Source: Chloroflexota bacterium (lineage in GTDB: Bacteria > Chloroflexota > Dehalococcoidia > Lucifugimonadales > HRBIN23). Taken from it: 51,197 bases of DNA. How positions within the stretch are numbered: position 1 is the stretch's first letter; each line of letters begins with the position of its first letter. The position numbers were made by a program, and so were the translations under genes. The DNA lies in the NCBI GenBank assembly GCA_016210325.1, contig JACQUK010000134.1, forward strand, positions 1 through 51,197, given 5' to 3'. This document shows, one piece after another, positions 26,711-35,872 of this stretch. The notes beneath the pieces were generated by a model that was given only the letters and a program-made list of their open reading frames with translations, was not told where the DNA came from and ran no database searches.

Positions 26711-28411
26711 ATGAGCGGAAAAACCACCAGTTGGGGCGTGCGGAAGAGCCGGATAACCGCCGAGCACGGGATGGTGCTCTCGGAGCACGCGGCGGTAACC
26801 AGGGCGGGCCTGGAGGTGCTCATGGCCGGGGGCAACGCCGTGGACGCTGCGGTGGCCATGGGGTTTGCCATTGGCGTGTGCGGGCCTTTCATGAGCGGTC
26901 TGGGCGGCGGTGGCCACATGGTCATCTACAACGCCCGCAACAAGAAAAGCGCCGTGGTGGACTACAACATGCGGGCACCCAAGGCAGCCACGCCCGCCAT
27001 GTATGAGCTGCTCCCAGGCCCCCCAGAGGGCAACTTTGGCTGGCGCCCGGTGAAGGACCAGGCAAATGCGGTGGGCTACCGTTCCATCACGGTCCCCGGC
27101 ACCATCGCCGGGCTGTGCCTGGCCCTGGAGAGGTTCGGCACCATGGGCCGCCAGGACGTCATGCGCCACGCCATTCGGTACGCCGAGGAAGGGTTCGACG
27201 CAGACATCTTCCTGGCCCTGTCCATCGCCTCGCGCTGGGGCATCATTACCCAGTTCCCGGAGACGATGGGGCTGTTCCGGAACGCTGACGGGTCACTGCT
27301 GACCTCACCGCTTTCACAGAAGGCCGCGGGGAAGATGGTGCAGAAAGACCTGGCCCGCACACTCAGGAGGATAGCGCAAGAGGGACCGGATGCCTTCTAT
27401 CGTGGCGAAGTCGCCAGGGCCATCGTGCGGCACGTGCTCGGGCATGGCGGGCTGCTGGGCGAGGAGGACCTGGCCTCCTACCAGGCGGACGTGTGGTCTC
27501 CAGGAGGGATAGCTTCCTACCGTGGCTACACTGTCGTGGCCCCGCCCATCGCAAGCGGTGGGCCGACGCTGGTGGAAGCCCTGCACATCCTGGACAACTT
27601 CGACATGGCTTCTTTGCCCCATAACTCTGCCGAAGCTCTGCATCTTATTGCCGAGGCCCTGCGGCTGGCTTTTGCCGACCGCTACCACCTGATGGGGGAC
27701 CCGGACCTCATCCCTACGCCCTACGAAAAGCTAGCTTCACCGGGCTACGCCAAGGAGTTGGCCCGGTCTGTCCGTCCCGATAGGGATCTGCCGCTGCCCC
27801 CGGTCAGAGAGCTCCAGAACACCCTTGTTGAGGCCGCGCTGGCCGGCCAGCACGGTGCAGACACCACACAGAGCTGTGTGGTGGACAAAGAGCGCAACAT
27901 GGTCTCTATAACCCAGACCTTGCAGACCTGGAGCGGAGTCATCCCCCCGGGGACTGGGGTACCCCTGAACGGCGCCATGAGCTGGTTCAATCCAGAGCCG
28001 GGGACGCCCAACTCAGTCCAGGGTGGCAAACGCATCCTCTCCAACATGTCCCCGGTCCTGGTGCTGAAGGACAGCAGGCCGGTCATGGCGCTGGGCGCCC
28101 CCGGAGGCCGAAAGATCGTCAGTGCGGTGCTCCAAGTGCTGGTGAACATCCTGGACTACGGCATGGAGCTTAACCAGGCCATCGCCGCCCCGCGGCTGGA
28201 TGCCAGCGCCCTGGACCTGCTGGCCGACGACCGATTGCCGCAGCGGAGCATCCAAGGTCTTCAGGCCCGGGGACACCGCGTGGCGACGGTCCGCGAGGAG
28301 TTGCTGGCACGGTACTTTGCGGGGCCGGCTGGAATACAGGTGGACGGGGGCACCGGGAAGCTGCGCAGCGGGCTATGCGAGTTCGACCTGGCCTCAGCCG
28401 CGGGGTACTAG
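26711..28411 (+). CDS. Divergent gamma-glutamyltransferase-like Ntn hydrolase
   Basis: GGNAVDAAVA, SGLGGGG, TVPGT, D|TTQ nucleophile site, GAPGG. Confidence 0.9.
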   Translation: MSGKTTSWGVRKSRITAEHGMVLSEHAAVTRAGLEVLMAGGNAVDAAVAMGFAIGVCGPFMSGLGGGGHMVIYNARNKKSAVVDYNMRAPKAATPAMYELLPGPPEGNFGWRPVKDQANAVGYRSITVPGTIAGLCLALERFGTMGRQDVMRHAIRYAEEGFDADIFLALSIASRWGIITQFPETMGLFRNADGSLLTSPLSQKAAGKMVQKDLARTLRRIAQEGPDAFYRGEVARAIVRHVLGHGGLLGEEDLASYQADVWSPGGIASYRGYTVVAPPIASGGPTLVEALHILDNFDMASLPHNSAEALHLIAEALRLAFADRYHLMGDPDLIPTPYEKLASPGYAKELARSVRPDRDLPLPPVRELQNTLVEAALAGQHGADTTQSCVVDKERNMVSITQTLQTWSGVIPPGTGVPLNGAMSWFNPEPGTPNSVQGGKRILSNMSPVLVLKDSRPVMALGAPGGRKIVSAVLQVLVNILDYGMELNQAIAAPRLDASALDLLADDRLPQRSIQGLQARGHRVATVREELLARYFAGPAGIQVDGGTGKLRSGLCEFDLASAAGY

Positions 28412-28503
28412 ACTGAATACCGTAGGGCAGGGCGCCGGGAGCGTCCAAAGCCCCGTGCTGCGTGTCCTCGGCCCGCAATCTCAGGCTGGGAGGAGGCATG
28501 TCT

Positions 28504-29487
28504 ATGGTGAAACACCTGCTGCCACCCGGACTCATCCTGGCGTCGAGCCCTCTGGGGGCCAACCCGGACTACAACATGCTGAACAGCGTCATCCTGCCCT
28601 GGGACTTCAAGGAAGACATCCATGCCGGTATCATCGGCGTCCCGTTCAACAAAGGGACCCACATGTTCAAGGGGACCAATGAGGGACCCAACGCGGTGCG
28701 GGAGACCTTCCTCTCCTTCGCCACCCGCAGCTTCGATTTTGGCGTGGACATCATGAACCTGAAAGTGCGGGACATCGGTGACGTGCAGATGCACCCCACC
28801 GATGTGGTGCGGTGCCACGCCAACACTCAGGAGGCGCTGACAGAGCTTTACCAGCGTCATCCGGGGTTTGTGCCTATCATCATCGGTGGCGACCACGCTA
28901 TCGCAGCCCCCTCGTGCCGCGCCCTCCGTGACGGTCGCAGGTTCAGGCGGGTGGGCCTGGTTGACTTCGACGCACACAACGACCTGCGGGACCCAGCCTA
29001 CGACGGCCCCAGCAGCGGCACACCGTTCCGTCAGCTCATTGATGGGGGGTACGTGAACGGGCGCAACGCGGTCCAGGTGGGCTTGCACGGCTTTCTCTCC
29101 TCCTCGGTGCTCAAAGACTATGCCGACAAGCACGGCCTCCGCATGGTCTCGGCCAGGGAGGTGCGCCAGCGGGGCATCGAGGATGTGGTGGAAGAGGCCC
29201 TGGCCCAGGCCGGCGATGGGACAGACGCCATCTATGCCTCCTTCGACATTGATGCCATTGAGGCGGCCTTCGCGCCAGGCACCGGCTCCCACACCCCCGG
29301 CGGGCTGCTGCTGGGCGATGTTTTCGAGGCCATGTACATGCTGGGCCGCGACCCCAGGGTGGCGGCCATGGACCTGGTGGAGTTGGACCCCATCAAGGAC
29401 CTCAAAAAGATGACCTCCCGTGTAGGGTGCATGATGATCCTGACCTTCCTGGTGGGGCTCCAAGAGCGCCTTCAGCTCTACGCCTAG
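28504..29487 (+). CDS. Ureohydrolase U6, HutG-like paralog of U1, metal site intact
   Basis: GGDH, DFDAHND, GPSSGTPFRQL, SFDID; AGGAGG RBS 7 nt before ATG 28504. Confidence 0.9.
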   Translation: MVKHLLPPGLILASSPLGANPDYNMLNSVILPWDFKEDIHAGIIGVPFNKGTHMFKGTNEGPNAVRETFLSFATRSFDFGVDIMNLKVRDIGDVQMHPTDVVRCHANTQEALTELYQRHPGFVPIIIGGDHAIAAPSCRALRDGRRFRRVGLVDFDAHNDLRDPAYDGPSSGTPFRQLIDGGYVNGRNAVQVGLHGFLSSSVLKDYADKHGLRMVSAREVRQRGIEDVVEEALAQAGDGTDAIYASFDIDAIEAAFAPGTGSHTPGGLLLGDVFEAMYMLGRDPRVAAMDLVELDPIKDLKKMTSRVGCMMILTFLVGLQERLQLYA

Positions 29488-29527
29488 TGGATATGTAGTG
29501 CCCGCAACCGCTAGCGAGGAGAGGCCC

Positions 29528-30517
29528 ATGCCCCTGAACCGGGACCCGCTGCCCGCCTTCGCCGGGATCCTTACCATGCTACGGGCACCCAAGGCTGAGG
29601 TGGAGGACCTGAAGGAAGGCATGGTGGCCATCCTGGGCGTCCCCTACGACCTTTCTACCACGGGCCGCATCGGCGCCCGGTTCGGCCCCCGCAGCATGCG
29701 TGAGACGGCCACCTACTATGCCAGCCATATTGAAAGGGGGGACCTCATCGAGGTCACTACGGGCCAAGTCCTGGTGGCCCCCAAGGAACTGCGGCTCGTG
29801 GACCTGGGCGACCTGAACGTCTACCCCGTTGACTGGCCCAAGACGGAGGCAGCCCTCCGGGAGGCCATCGCCCGAATCCTCGAACGCGGGGCCTTCCCCG
29901 TTGTCCTTGGTGGCGACCACTTCATCTCCTATCCTCTGACCCTGGGCCTCCACGACGCCATCCTCCGCCGTGGCGGCAGGAGAATCGGCTATATCCAGGT
30001 CTCCAACCGGCTGGACCTGGGGCAGGAGGACCCCCTCTGGGGCAGGGTGTGGACGGGAGCTACCGCTAGGAGGGTCCTGGAGTCAGGCGCCGTGGACCCC
30101 CGCAACATGGTCTGGCTGGGTGCCCACGGGTACGTCCCCCTGGAGCAACTGGAGACGGCCAGAGAGTTGGATCTCCGGGTCTTCACCCTGGGCGACATGC
30201 GACGTGGAGGTATCCGAGCAGTGGCCCGCCAGGCTGTGGAAGTGGCTTCACAGGGCTGCGACGCCGTCTACCTGAGCCTGGACATGGGTGTGGTCAATGG
30301 GAGCTACGCCGCTGGTACTGCTGCTCCCAGCTTCGACGGGCTGCGGGATGTCGAGCTGCTTGAGGTCATGGACGAGCTGGCGCAATCCCCCATCGGCGCC
30401 TTGGACATCGTGGGGGTGAACCCCACCGTCGAGTTCGTGTACCACACCACACAGCGGCTGGCGGTCACCGCCCTCATCCGCTTCATTGCCCCCAGGGTCC
30501 TGGGCGGCACGGTCTGA
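29528..30517 (+). CDS. Ureohydrolase-fold U7, paralog of U4, degenerate metal site
   Basis: GGDH kept, but QVSNRLD, WTGAT and SLDMG; shares LNVYPVDWPKTEA and VGVNPTVEFVYHT with U4. Confidence 0.85.
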   Translation: MPLNRDPLPAFAGILTMLRAPKAEVEDLKEGMVAILGVPYDLSTTGRIGARFGPRSMRETATYYASHIERGDLIEVTTGQVLVAPKELRLVDLGDLNVYPVDWPKTEAALREAIARILERGAFPVVLGGDHFISYPLTLGLHDAILRRGGRRIGYIQVSNRLDLGQEDPLWGRVWTGATARRVLESGAVDPRNMVWLGAHGYVPLEQLETARELDLRVFTLGDMRRGGIRAVARQAVEVASQGCDAVYLSLDMGVVNGSYAAGTAAPSFDGLRDVELLEVMDELAQSPIGALDIVGVNPTVEFVYHTTQRLAVTALIRFIAPRVLGGTV

Positions 30518-30555
30518 GGCGAGCGTCGAGGCCTTGGCGCCGCTGGCCCCACCTG

Positions 30556-30646
30556 CTAGTGTCCTGTCTCAGCACCCATGTTGACCTCTCCCCCTGTGGT
30601 CCCCCTCTCCTAAAGGCGAGGGGGACCGGGTTTAGAGGGGGTTAGG
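30556..30646. repeat. IS630-like terminal sequence plus REP family C palindrome
   Basis: CTAGTGTCCTGTCTC is the reverse complement of 37399-37413; followed by GGTCCCCCTC...GAGGGGGACC hairpin. Confidence 0.6.
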
Positions 30647-30718
30647 TGCTAGGCAAGTAAGCTGATGGTCGAGACGACCCTACTTGAACAGACCAAGGCC
30701 CCGCAGGCGGTAGCCCGC

Positions 30719-33187
30719 TCACGCCAGGAGGACGATAGTGGCCCCATCGCCGCGGCGGGAGGTATCGGGCTGCCATGCACGCACCAGGGGATGTTTGGCC
30801 AGGCGCTCCCGCAGGGCGACCCGCAGCGCACCGGTCCCTGCCCCGTGGACCACCCGGGCCACGGTGTACCCCTGAAGCAGCGCCTGGTCCAGGAACTTCT
30901 CCAGGCGGCGCAGGGCCTCTTCGGCCCGCTCCCCACGGAGGTCCAGCTCTACCTGGGGCACCGGAGTGGCAATAGCCTCAGTGGCCGGCTCCGCCGGGTG
31001 CGGCCCTTCCACGGAAGGGCGCGGTACAACGGGCTTCACCGCACCCTGCCAGGCGGCCACGGCCTTGGCCAGGCCTTGACCACTGGCCCAGGGTGGCGTG
31101 GGGGTGGGCAGGGCCCGCTCCAGTTGGTCCAGGGCTACTCGCGCCTTGAGTGCCCCAATGATGACCTCGACGGTCCCCCGGGGGTCTGGTGGCCCCTGAA
31201 CGATGCCCGGCTGGGGGAAGCCTCGCACCCTCACCCAGTCGCCGGGACGCAGGCGCGCCACCCACTCCCGCTCTTCGGCGGCCTGCCACTCGGGCGTGCC
31301 CAGCTCGCGGCGGAGGCGCTGGGCCGTTCGAAGGGCCTCGGCCACGGGCATGGCGGCGCCTCCCTCCAGCGCCCGGGAGGCCTCACGAAGCTGCCCCAGC
31401 ACCTCCTCGGCCTTCCGCTGGAGGTCAGCGTGGACCTCCTCCAGGGCCGCAGCCTTCTCTTTTTCCACCTCAGCAAGGCGCCCCTCCAGCTCCTGGCGCA
31501 GCTCCTCGGCGCGGCGAAGGGCGGCCTCCGCCTCCTGCCGCTGGGCCGCGGCCTGGGCCCGCTCCCGCCCCAGGTCAGCCAGCAGGACCTCCATCTGCTG
31601 CTGCAAGGGGGCCAGGTGGGCGCGGGCCGACTCCACGACCTCCCTGGGCAGGCCCAACTGGGCGGCGATGGCCAGAGCGTAGCTCCGGCCGGGCAGGCCG
31701 GCCGTCAGGCGGTAGGTGGGGGCCAGGGTGGCCGGGTCCAGCTCAACGCTGGCGTTCATCATGCCCGGGGTCTCCTGCGCATAGGCGGCCACGTCCCGGT
31801 GGTGAGTGGTGGCGATGGTGGTGACTCCTCGCTCCACCAGGTGGCCCAGCAGCGCCTTGGCCAGGGCTGCCCCCTCCTCCGGGTCGGTGCTGGCCCCCAG
31901 CTCGTCCACCAGCACCAGCGAGCGGGGCGTGGCCCGGCCCAGCATGACGCGGAGGGCGGCGATGTGCGCCGCGAAGGTGGACAGCGAGCGGTCAATGCTC
32001 TGCTGGTCGCCGATGTCGGCGAAGACGGCGTCGAACACCGAGAGCAAGGAGCCAGGGGCGGCTGGAACCTGCAGCCCCGCCTGGTGCATCAGCGCCAGGA
32101 GGCCAGCGGTCTTGAGCGCCACCGTCTTGCCGCCGGCGTTGGGACCGGTGATGAGCAGCACCCGCCATCCATCACCTACCTCGATGGTGTTGGGCACCAC
32201 GGGGCCTGTCAGCAGCGGGTGGCGGGCGTCGGTCAGCCGCAGGACTGCCTGCTCCGCCGTGGGGACGACCGGCTCGAAGGCGTCCAGGGCCACGGCGTAG
32301 CGGGCCTTGGCTAGGGCCAAGTCCAGGCGGGCGGCTAGCTCCAGTCCGGCCAGCAGGTCCTCGGCGTGGCGCTCCACCAGGGCCGAGAGCTCCCGCAGCA
32401 CCTTTACGGCCTCCCGCTCCTCAGCGGCCTTGAGCTGCCGCCAGCGGTTGCCCAGGGGGACCGCCGCCAGTGGCTCCACGAAGAGGGTCGCTCCGCTCTC
32501 GGAGACGTCGTGGACCAGGCCGGGCAGGCGGCCGCGGTGCTCGATTTTCAACGGGAGCACCAGGCGCCCCTCCCGCTGGGTGATGACGGCGTCTTGGAGG
32601 ACATGCACGCCCAGGGAGGAGCGGACGATGCGTCCGAGCGCCGCTTCCAGGCGGGCGTAAGCCACGCGGACCTCGGCTCGCAGCTCGCGCAGGGCCGGCG
32701 AGGCATTGTCGGCCACCTCCCCATGCCGTTCGATGCTCTTGGCGATGCGGTCTTCCAACTCTTTGAGGTCAGCGATGCGCCCCGCCATGTCCCCCAGGGC
32801 GGGGGCCTCCTGGCGGCCGCGGAGGAGCTGGTCCCGGAAGCGGCGGACCGCGTACAGGGTGTCGTGCACCTCCAGCAGCTCGGGGCCGGTCAGGACGCCC
32901 CCCATGGCAGCCCGCCGGAGGGTGCCCCGGATGTCCCGCGCCGCCGAGAGGTCGGGGTCAGCCCGCGCCAGCAGCCTTCGGGCCTCCCTGGTCTCCTGCT
33001 GACGGCGGGCCACCACGTCGGGGTCAAAGGAGGGGCGCAGGGCCAAGGCCGCCTCCCGTCCCAGCACGAAGGTGGCGTGGATGGCCAGTCGCTCCAGGAC
33101 GGCCGGGAACTCCAGCAGCCCCAGGGACCTGGCGCCCAGGTCGCTGGCGGCACTGCTTGGGGTCCCCGGCGTGTCGAGTTGCTGCAT
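30719..33187 (-). CDS. mutS2: MutS2 endonuclease/ATPase with Smr domain
   Basis: LEFPAVL, SESGATLFVEP, ITGPNAGGKT, DIGDQQSI, DELGASTDP, C-terminal LDLRG...VHGAGTGAL. Confidence 0.95.
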   Translation of the reverse strand: MQQLDTPGTPSSAASDLGARSLGLLEFPAVLERLAIHATFVLGREAALALRPSFDPDVVARRQQETREARRLLARADPDLSAARDIRGTLRRAAMGGVLTGPELLEVHDTLYAVRRFRDQLLRGRQEAPALGDMAGRIADLKELEDRIAKSIERHGEVADNASPALRELRAEVRVAYARLEAALGRIVRSSLGVHVLQDAVITQREGRLVLPLKIEHRGRLPGLVHDVSESGATLFVEPLAAVPLGNRWRQLKAAEEREAVKVLRELSALVERHAEDLLAGLELAARLDLALAKARYAVALDAFEPVVPTAEQAVLRLTDARHPLLTGPVVPNTIEVGDGWRVLLITGPNAGGKTVALKTAGLLALMHQAGLQVPAAPGSLLSVFDAVFADIGDQQSIDRSLSTFAAHIAALRVMLGRATPRSLVLVDELGASTDPEEGAALAKALLGHLVERGVTTIATTHHRDVAAYAQETPGMMNASVELDPATLAPTYRLTAGLPGRSYALAIAAQLGLPREVVESARAHLAPLQQQMEVLLADLGRERAQAAAQRQEAEAALRRAEELRQELEGRLAEVEKEKAAALEEVHADLQRKAEEVLGQLREASRALEGGAAMPVAEALRTAQRLRRELGTPEWQAAEEREWVARLRPGDWVRVRGFPQPGIVQGPPDPRGTVEVIIGALKARVALDQLERALPTPTPPWASGQGLAKAVAAWQGAVKPVVPRPSVEGPHPAEPATEAIATPVPQVELDLRGERAEEALRRLEKFLDQALLQGYTVARVVHGAGTGALRVALRERLAKHPLVRAWQPDTSRRGDGATIVLLA

Positions 33188-33241
33188 CGGTGGCTCCGCC
33201 CCAGCCTTGCCTCCATTGTACACGAGGTATCGTAGAGGCTA

Positions 33242-33416
33242 TGCGGCGCTGTTGGCATCGCCTGCTCGCCCCTTCGACTGGCTCAGGGCGAGCGGGCCCA
33301 GGAGGTTTCCGCTCGTGGTGAGCTCCGCCCCCGACTCGACGGGGTCGAGACTCGCGACCCCGTCGGACCCGCCGAACCATGCGCGGAAGAGATGGCAGAA
33401 TGTCAACAGAGCCGCA
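33242..33416. mobile_element. MITE-like element (same family as 17253-17383) with two family A REPs, one carrying a nested insert
   Basis: TGCGGCGCTGTTGGCAT / ATGTCAACAGAGCCGCA (15/17); subterminal TGGCAGRATGTCAACAG shared with the other copy. Confidence 0.75.
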
Positions 33417-33419
33417 CTA

Positions 33420-34304
33420 CTACTTCTCGATTTCTTGAGGAACGGCATGGTGACCCTCCACCGTGACCAGCACGGAGCAGTAGCCCACGACGCCCTCTGG
33501 GTCGCCGCCCGTGTCGGCGGAGGTGGCATAGCCCAGGAGCCGCGCCCTGGGCTTCCCCAGCCGCCTCATGGTCTCCAGCATGGCCATGACCGCTCCAGGC
33601 CCACACATGTTGACCTCCTCCGCGGCCCGGGCCACGGCGGCCGGGTCCAGCGACAGGACTGCCTCGATGGCGGCTTTGTCCAGGACCTCCGCCCTGTCCC
33701 GTGGAAAGTAGTGGGACAGGTCGCTGCTGGCGATGACCACGCCCCGCCGGTCCCTCAGCACCTCCGCCAGGGCCGCCCCCAACTTGCGACAGGTCTCCAA
33801 GGACTGGTCCGACAGGCAGACAGGCAGGAAGGGCAGGCCGGTGCCGTAGAGGTGCTGGAGCCAGGGGAGCACGGCCTCGATGGAGTGCTCCATCCGGTGG
33901 GCAGCGGCATCGGGGACCAGCCGGGGCAGGCGGCGCCGCAGGGCTTCACCCAGATCCGTGTCCACTGGAGAGCGGCCCAAGGGCGTCTCCCAGAAAGCGG
34001 CCGACGAGAGGGCCAGCCCGGCCCCCAGGCCATAGTGATTGGGACCCAGAATAGCCACCACCTCAGGGCGCCCCAGGCCCGCCAGGGCTGCTATCCCCGT
34101 GGCAGCCACAGGCCCGGAGTAGGCGTAGCCGGCGTGGGGCAGCACCAGGCCCAGGAGGCCTGTCAAGAGCGCCTCGCTGGGCTGGGGCACGCGGCCAGGC
34201 CCCAGAGGGCCGCGGATGCACTCCTCCATCTGCAGTCGAAGGGCGCTGGGAGAGCGCTCATAGAGCTGCCCGACGACCGCCGCCGGTCGGACCGCTGCGG
34301 ACAT
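33420..34304 (-). CDS. MEMO1-family (AmmeMemoRadiSam protein B-like) protein
   Basis: RPAAVVGQLY, PHAGYAYSG, GPNH, EHSIE, ASSDLSHY, MCGPG, YATS, VVGY. Confidence 0.92.
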   Translation of the reverse strand: MSAAVRPAAVVGQLYERSPSALRLQMEECIRGPLGPGRVPQPSEALLTGLLGLVLPHAGYAYSGPVAATGIAALAGLGRPEVVAILGPNHYGLGAGLALSSAAFWETPLGRSPVDTDLGEALRRRLPRLVPDAAAHRMEHSIEAVLPWLQHLYGTGLPFLPVCLSDQSLETCRKLGAALAEVLRDRRGVVIASSDLSHYFPRDRAEVLDKAAIEAVLSLDPAAVARAAEEVNMCGPGAVMAMLETMRRLGKPRARLLGYATSADTGGDPEGVVGYCSVLVTVEGHHAVPQEIEK

Positions 34305-34385
34305 CTCCGGCTGTTCCTCCTCCGCATGCTGGCTTATACTACCACCGTGGGACCCCCTGGGGGACAAGCGGGCCGAGGAGACCAC

Positions 34386-35795
34386 GTGAGGACGGGAGAG
34401 GCGAGCCTGGGGCACTGGGCGCACGCGCCAGAGCGGGCCGTGGCCCACCTCTGGCGGCGGGCGGCCGCTGCCCTGGGCCCCCTGGACGCGGGCGACGGCA
34501 GCCGCTTCACGGTGCTCTATCCGGGCCGGCCGGGCGGAGGGCCGGGGCCTGATTTTCGCGACGCGCTGCTGCTGCGGGACGACGGCTCGGTGGTGCGCGG
34601 CGATGTGGAGGTGCACGTTCGGGAGCGGGGCTGGCTGGACCACGGCCACGGTCGGGACCGCCGCTACAACCGGATGGCATTGCACGTGGTGCTGTGGCCC
34701 ACGCCCCCAGCGCCTTTGGATGGCCCCACTGGACGTGGCCCACTGACCCGGCTGGAGATGGGCGCTGTGGTACCGGTAGTGGCCCTGTTCCCGTCGCTGG
34801 CGCGGCTGTACCGCTCCACCACCACCCCCTCTGCGCCATCCAAACGCACGGCCGCACGTCACAGCCCTCGGCCGCAGGACGTGTCTCTCCGGACGGCGGG
34901 GAGGACGCCTCTCCTGGCACCGGAGGCAGTGTCCCCGGAGCCTGACCAATCCCTTTTGGCCGCGCCCCAGGCCGCTGCCCTGACCCCTGGACGGCTGCTC
35001 AGGGCAGGCCTTGTCCGCTTCCACCAGAAGGCGCGGGCCTTCACCCAAGAGCTGTCCCAGTCTGGGCCAGAGGAGGTCCTGTACCAGGGGGTCATGGAAA
35101 CACTGGGGTACAGCGGTAACCGGGAGGCCATGCGGTCTCTGGCGATGGGCCTGCCCCTGGCACTGCTGCGCCGTGCCCTGCTCCCCGTCCCTTCGGAGCA
35201 GCGGCGGACTGCCCTGGAGGCGCTGCTGGTGGGGGCCGCTGGTCTGCTGCCTCAGAGTCCCGACCTCGACGCCACGGCCCTGGCCGGGATTTGGAGGGCC
35301 TCTGGGCTGGAGGCGGTAGTGCCCCAGGCAGCGTGGTCGCTGGCGGGGCTGCGCCCCAGCAACCATCCTCGGCGTCGCCTGCTGGGCATGGCCGGCCTGC
35401 TGCACCGCTTCTGGGAGACAGGGTTGCTTGAGGGGCTTCTGCCCCTGGTCAAACTGCAAGGCCCGCCAGCCCTGGAGCGGGCGCTGGCCGTGGACTGCCC
35501 AGACCAAGCGCAAGGGGCCACAGCGCTCATTGGGGCCGGGCGCGCGCGGGAGGCGGCCGTCAACGTGGTCCTGCCCTTCTTCTACGCCTACGGAGGGCGG
35601 ACCGGCGGGTCAGCGCTGGCCCGGGCGGCCCTGGCCCTGTACCGGGCCTTCCCAGCTCCCGAGGAGAACAGCCAGGTCAGGGAGGCAAGGCGGGTGCTGG
35701 GCGTGGCCTGGCCGGTGCCCACCGCCTGCGGGCAGCAGGGGCTTCTGGGCCTCTACCGTCGCCTGCTGTCCGTTGCGCCTTCCGGCGCACGGTGA
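34386..35795 (+). CDS. DUF2851 family protein
   Basis: PG...GPDFRDA...GDVEVH...WLDHGHGRDRRY..MALHVV; LGYSGN; RPSNHPRRRL; IGAGRA...NVVLP; GAGGAG RBS. Confidence 0.85.
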   Translation: MRTGEASLGHWAHAPERAVAHLWRRAAAALGPLDAGDGSRFTVLYPGRPGGGPGPDFRDALLLRDDGSVVRGDVEVHVRERGWLDHGHGRDRRYNRMALHVVLWPTPPAPLDGPTGRGPLTRLEMGAVVPVVALFPSLARLYRSTTTPSAPSKRTAARHSPRPQDVSLRTAGRTPLLAPEAVSPEPDQSLLAAPQAAALTPGRLLRAGLVRFHQKARAFTQELSQSGPEEVLYQGVMETLGYSGNREAMRSLAMGLPLALLRRALLPVPSEQRRTALEALLVGAAGLLPQSPDLDATALAGIWRASGLEAVVPQAAWSLAGLRPSNHPRRRLLGMAGLLHRFWETGLLEGLLPLVKLQGPPALERALAVDCPDQAQGATALIGAGRAREAAVNVVLPFFYAYGGRTGGSALARAALALYRAFPAPEENSQVREARRVLGVAWPVPTACGQQGLLGLYRRLLSVAPSGAR

Positions 35796-35872
35796 CCGGT
35801 GAGAGGACATGGCCCTGCTGTGCACCTGGTGCCCCCTGGGTCCTACCGCTCGCCAAAGTAGGTAGCGCCTCT

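Noticed and set aside
31003-31020. Hairpin GCCCTTCC-AC-GGAAGGGC in the MutS2 linker as a second coding REP insertion
   Set aside because: The peptide PVVPRPSVEG only loosely resembles translated family A REPs; too short to support.
33072-35795. 907-aa ORF (and the 697-aa opposite ORF) as fusion proteins
   Set aside because: The extensions are antisense shadows of the neighbouring genes; real starts with RBSs are at 34386 (+) and 34304 (-).
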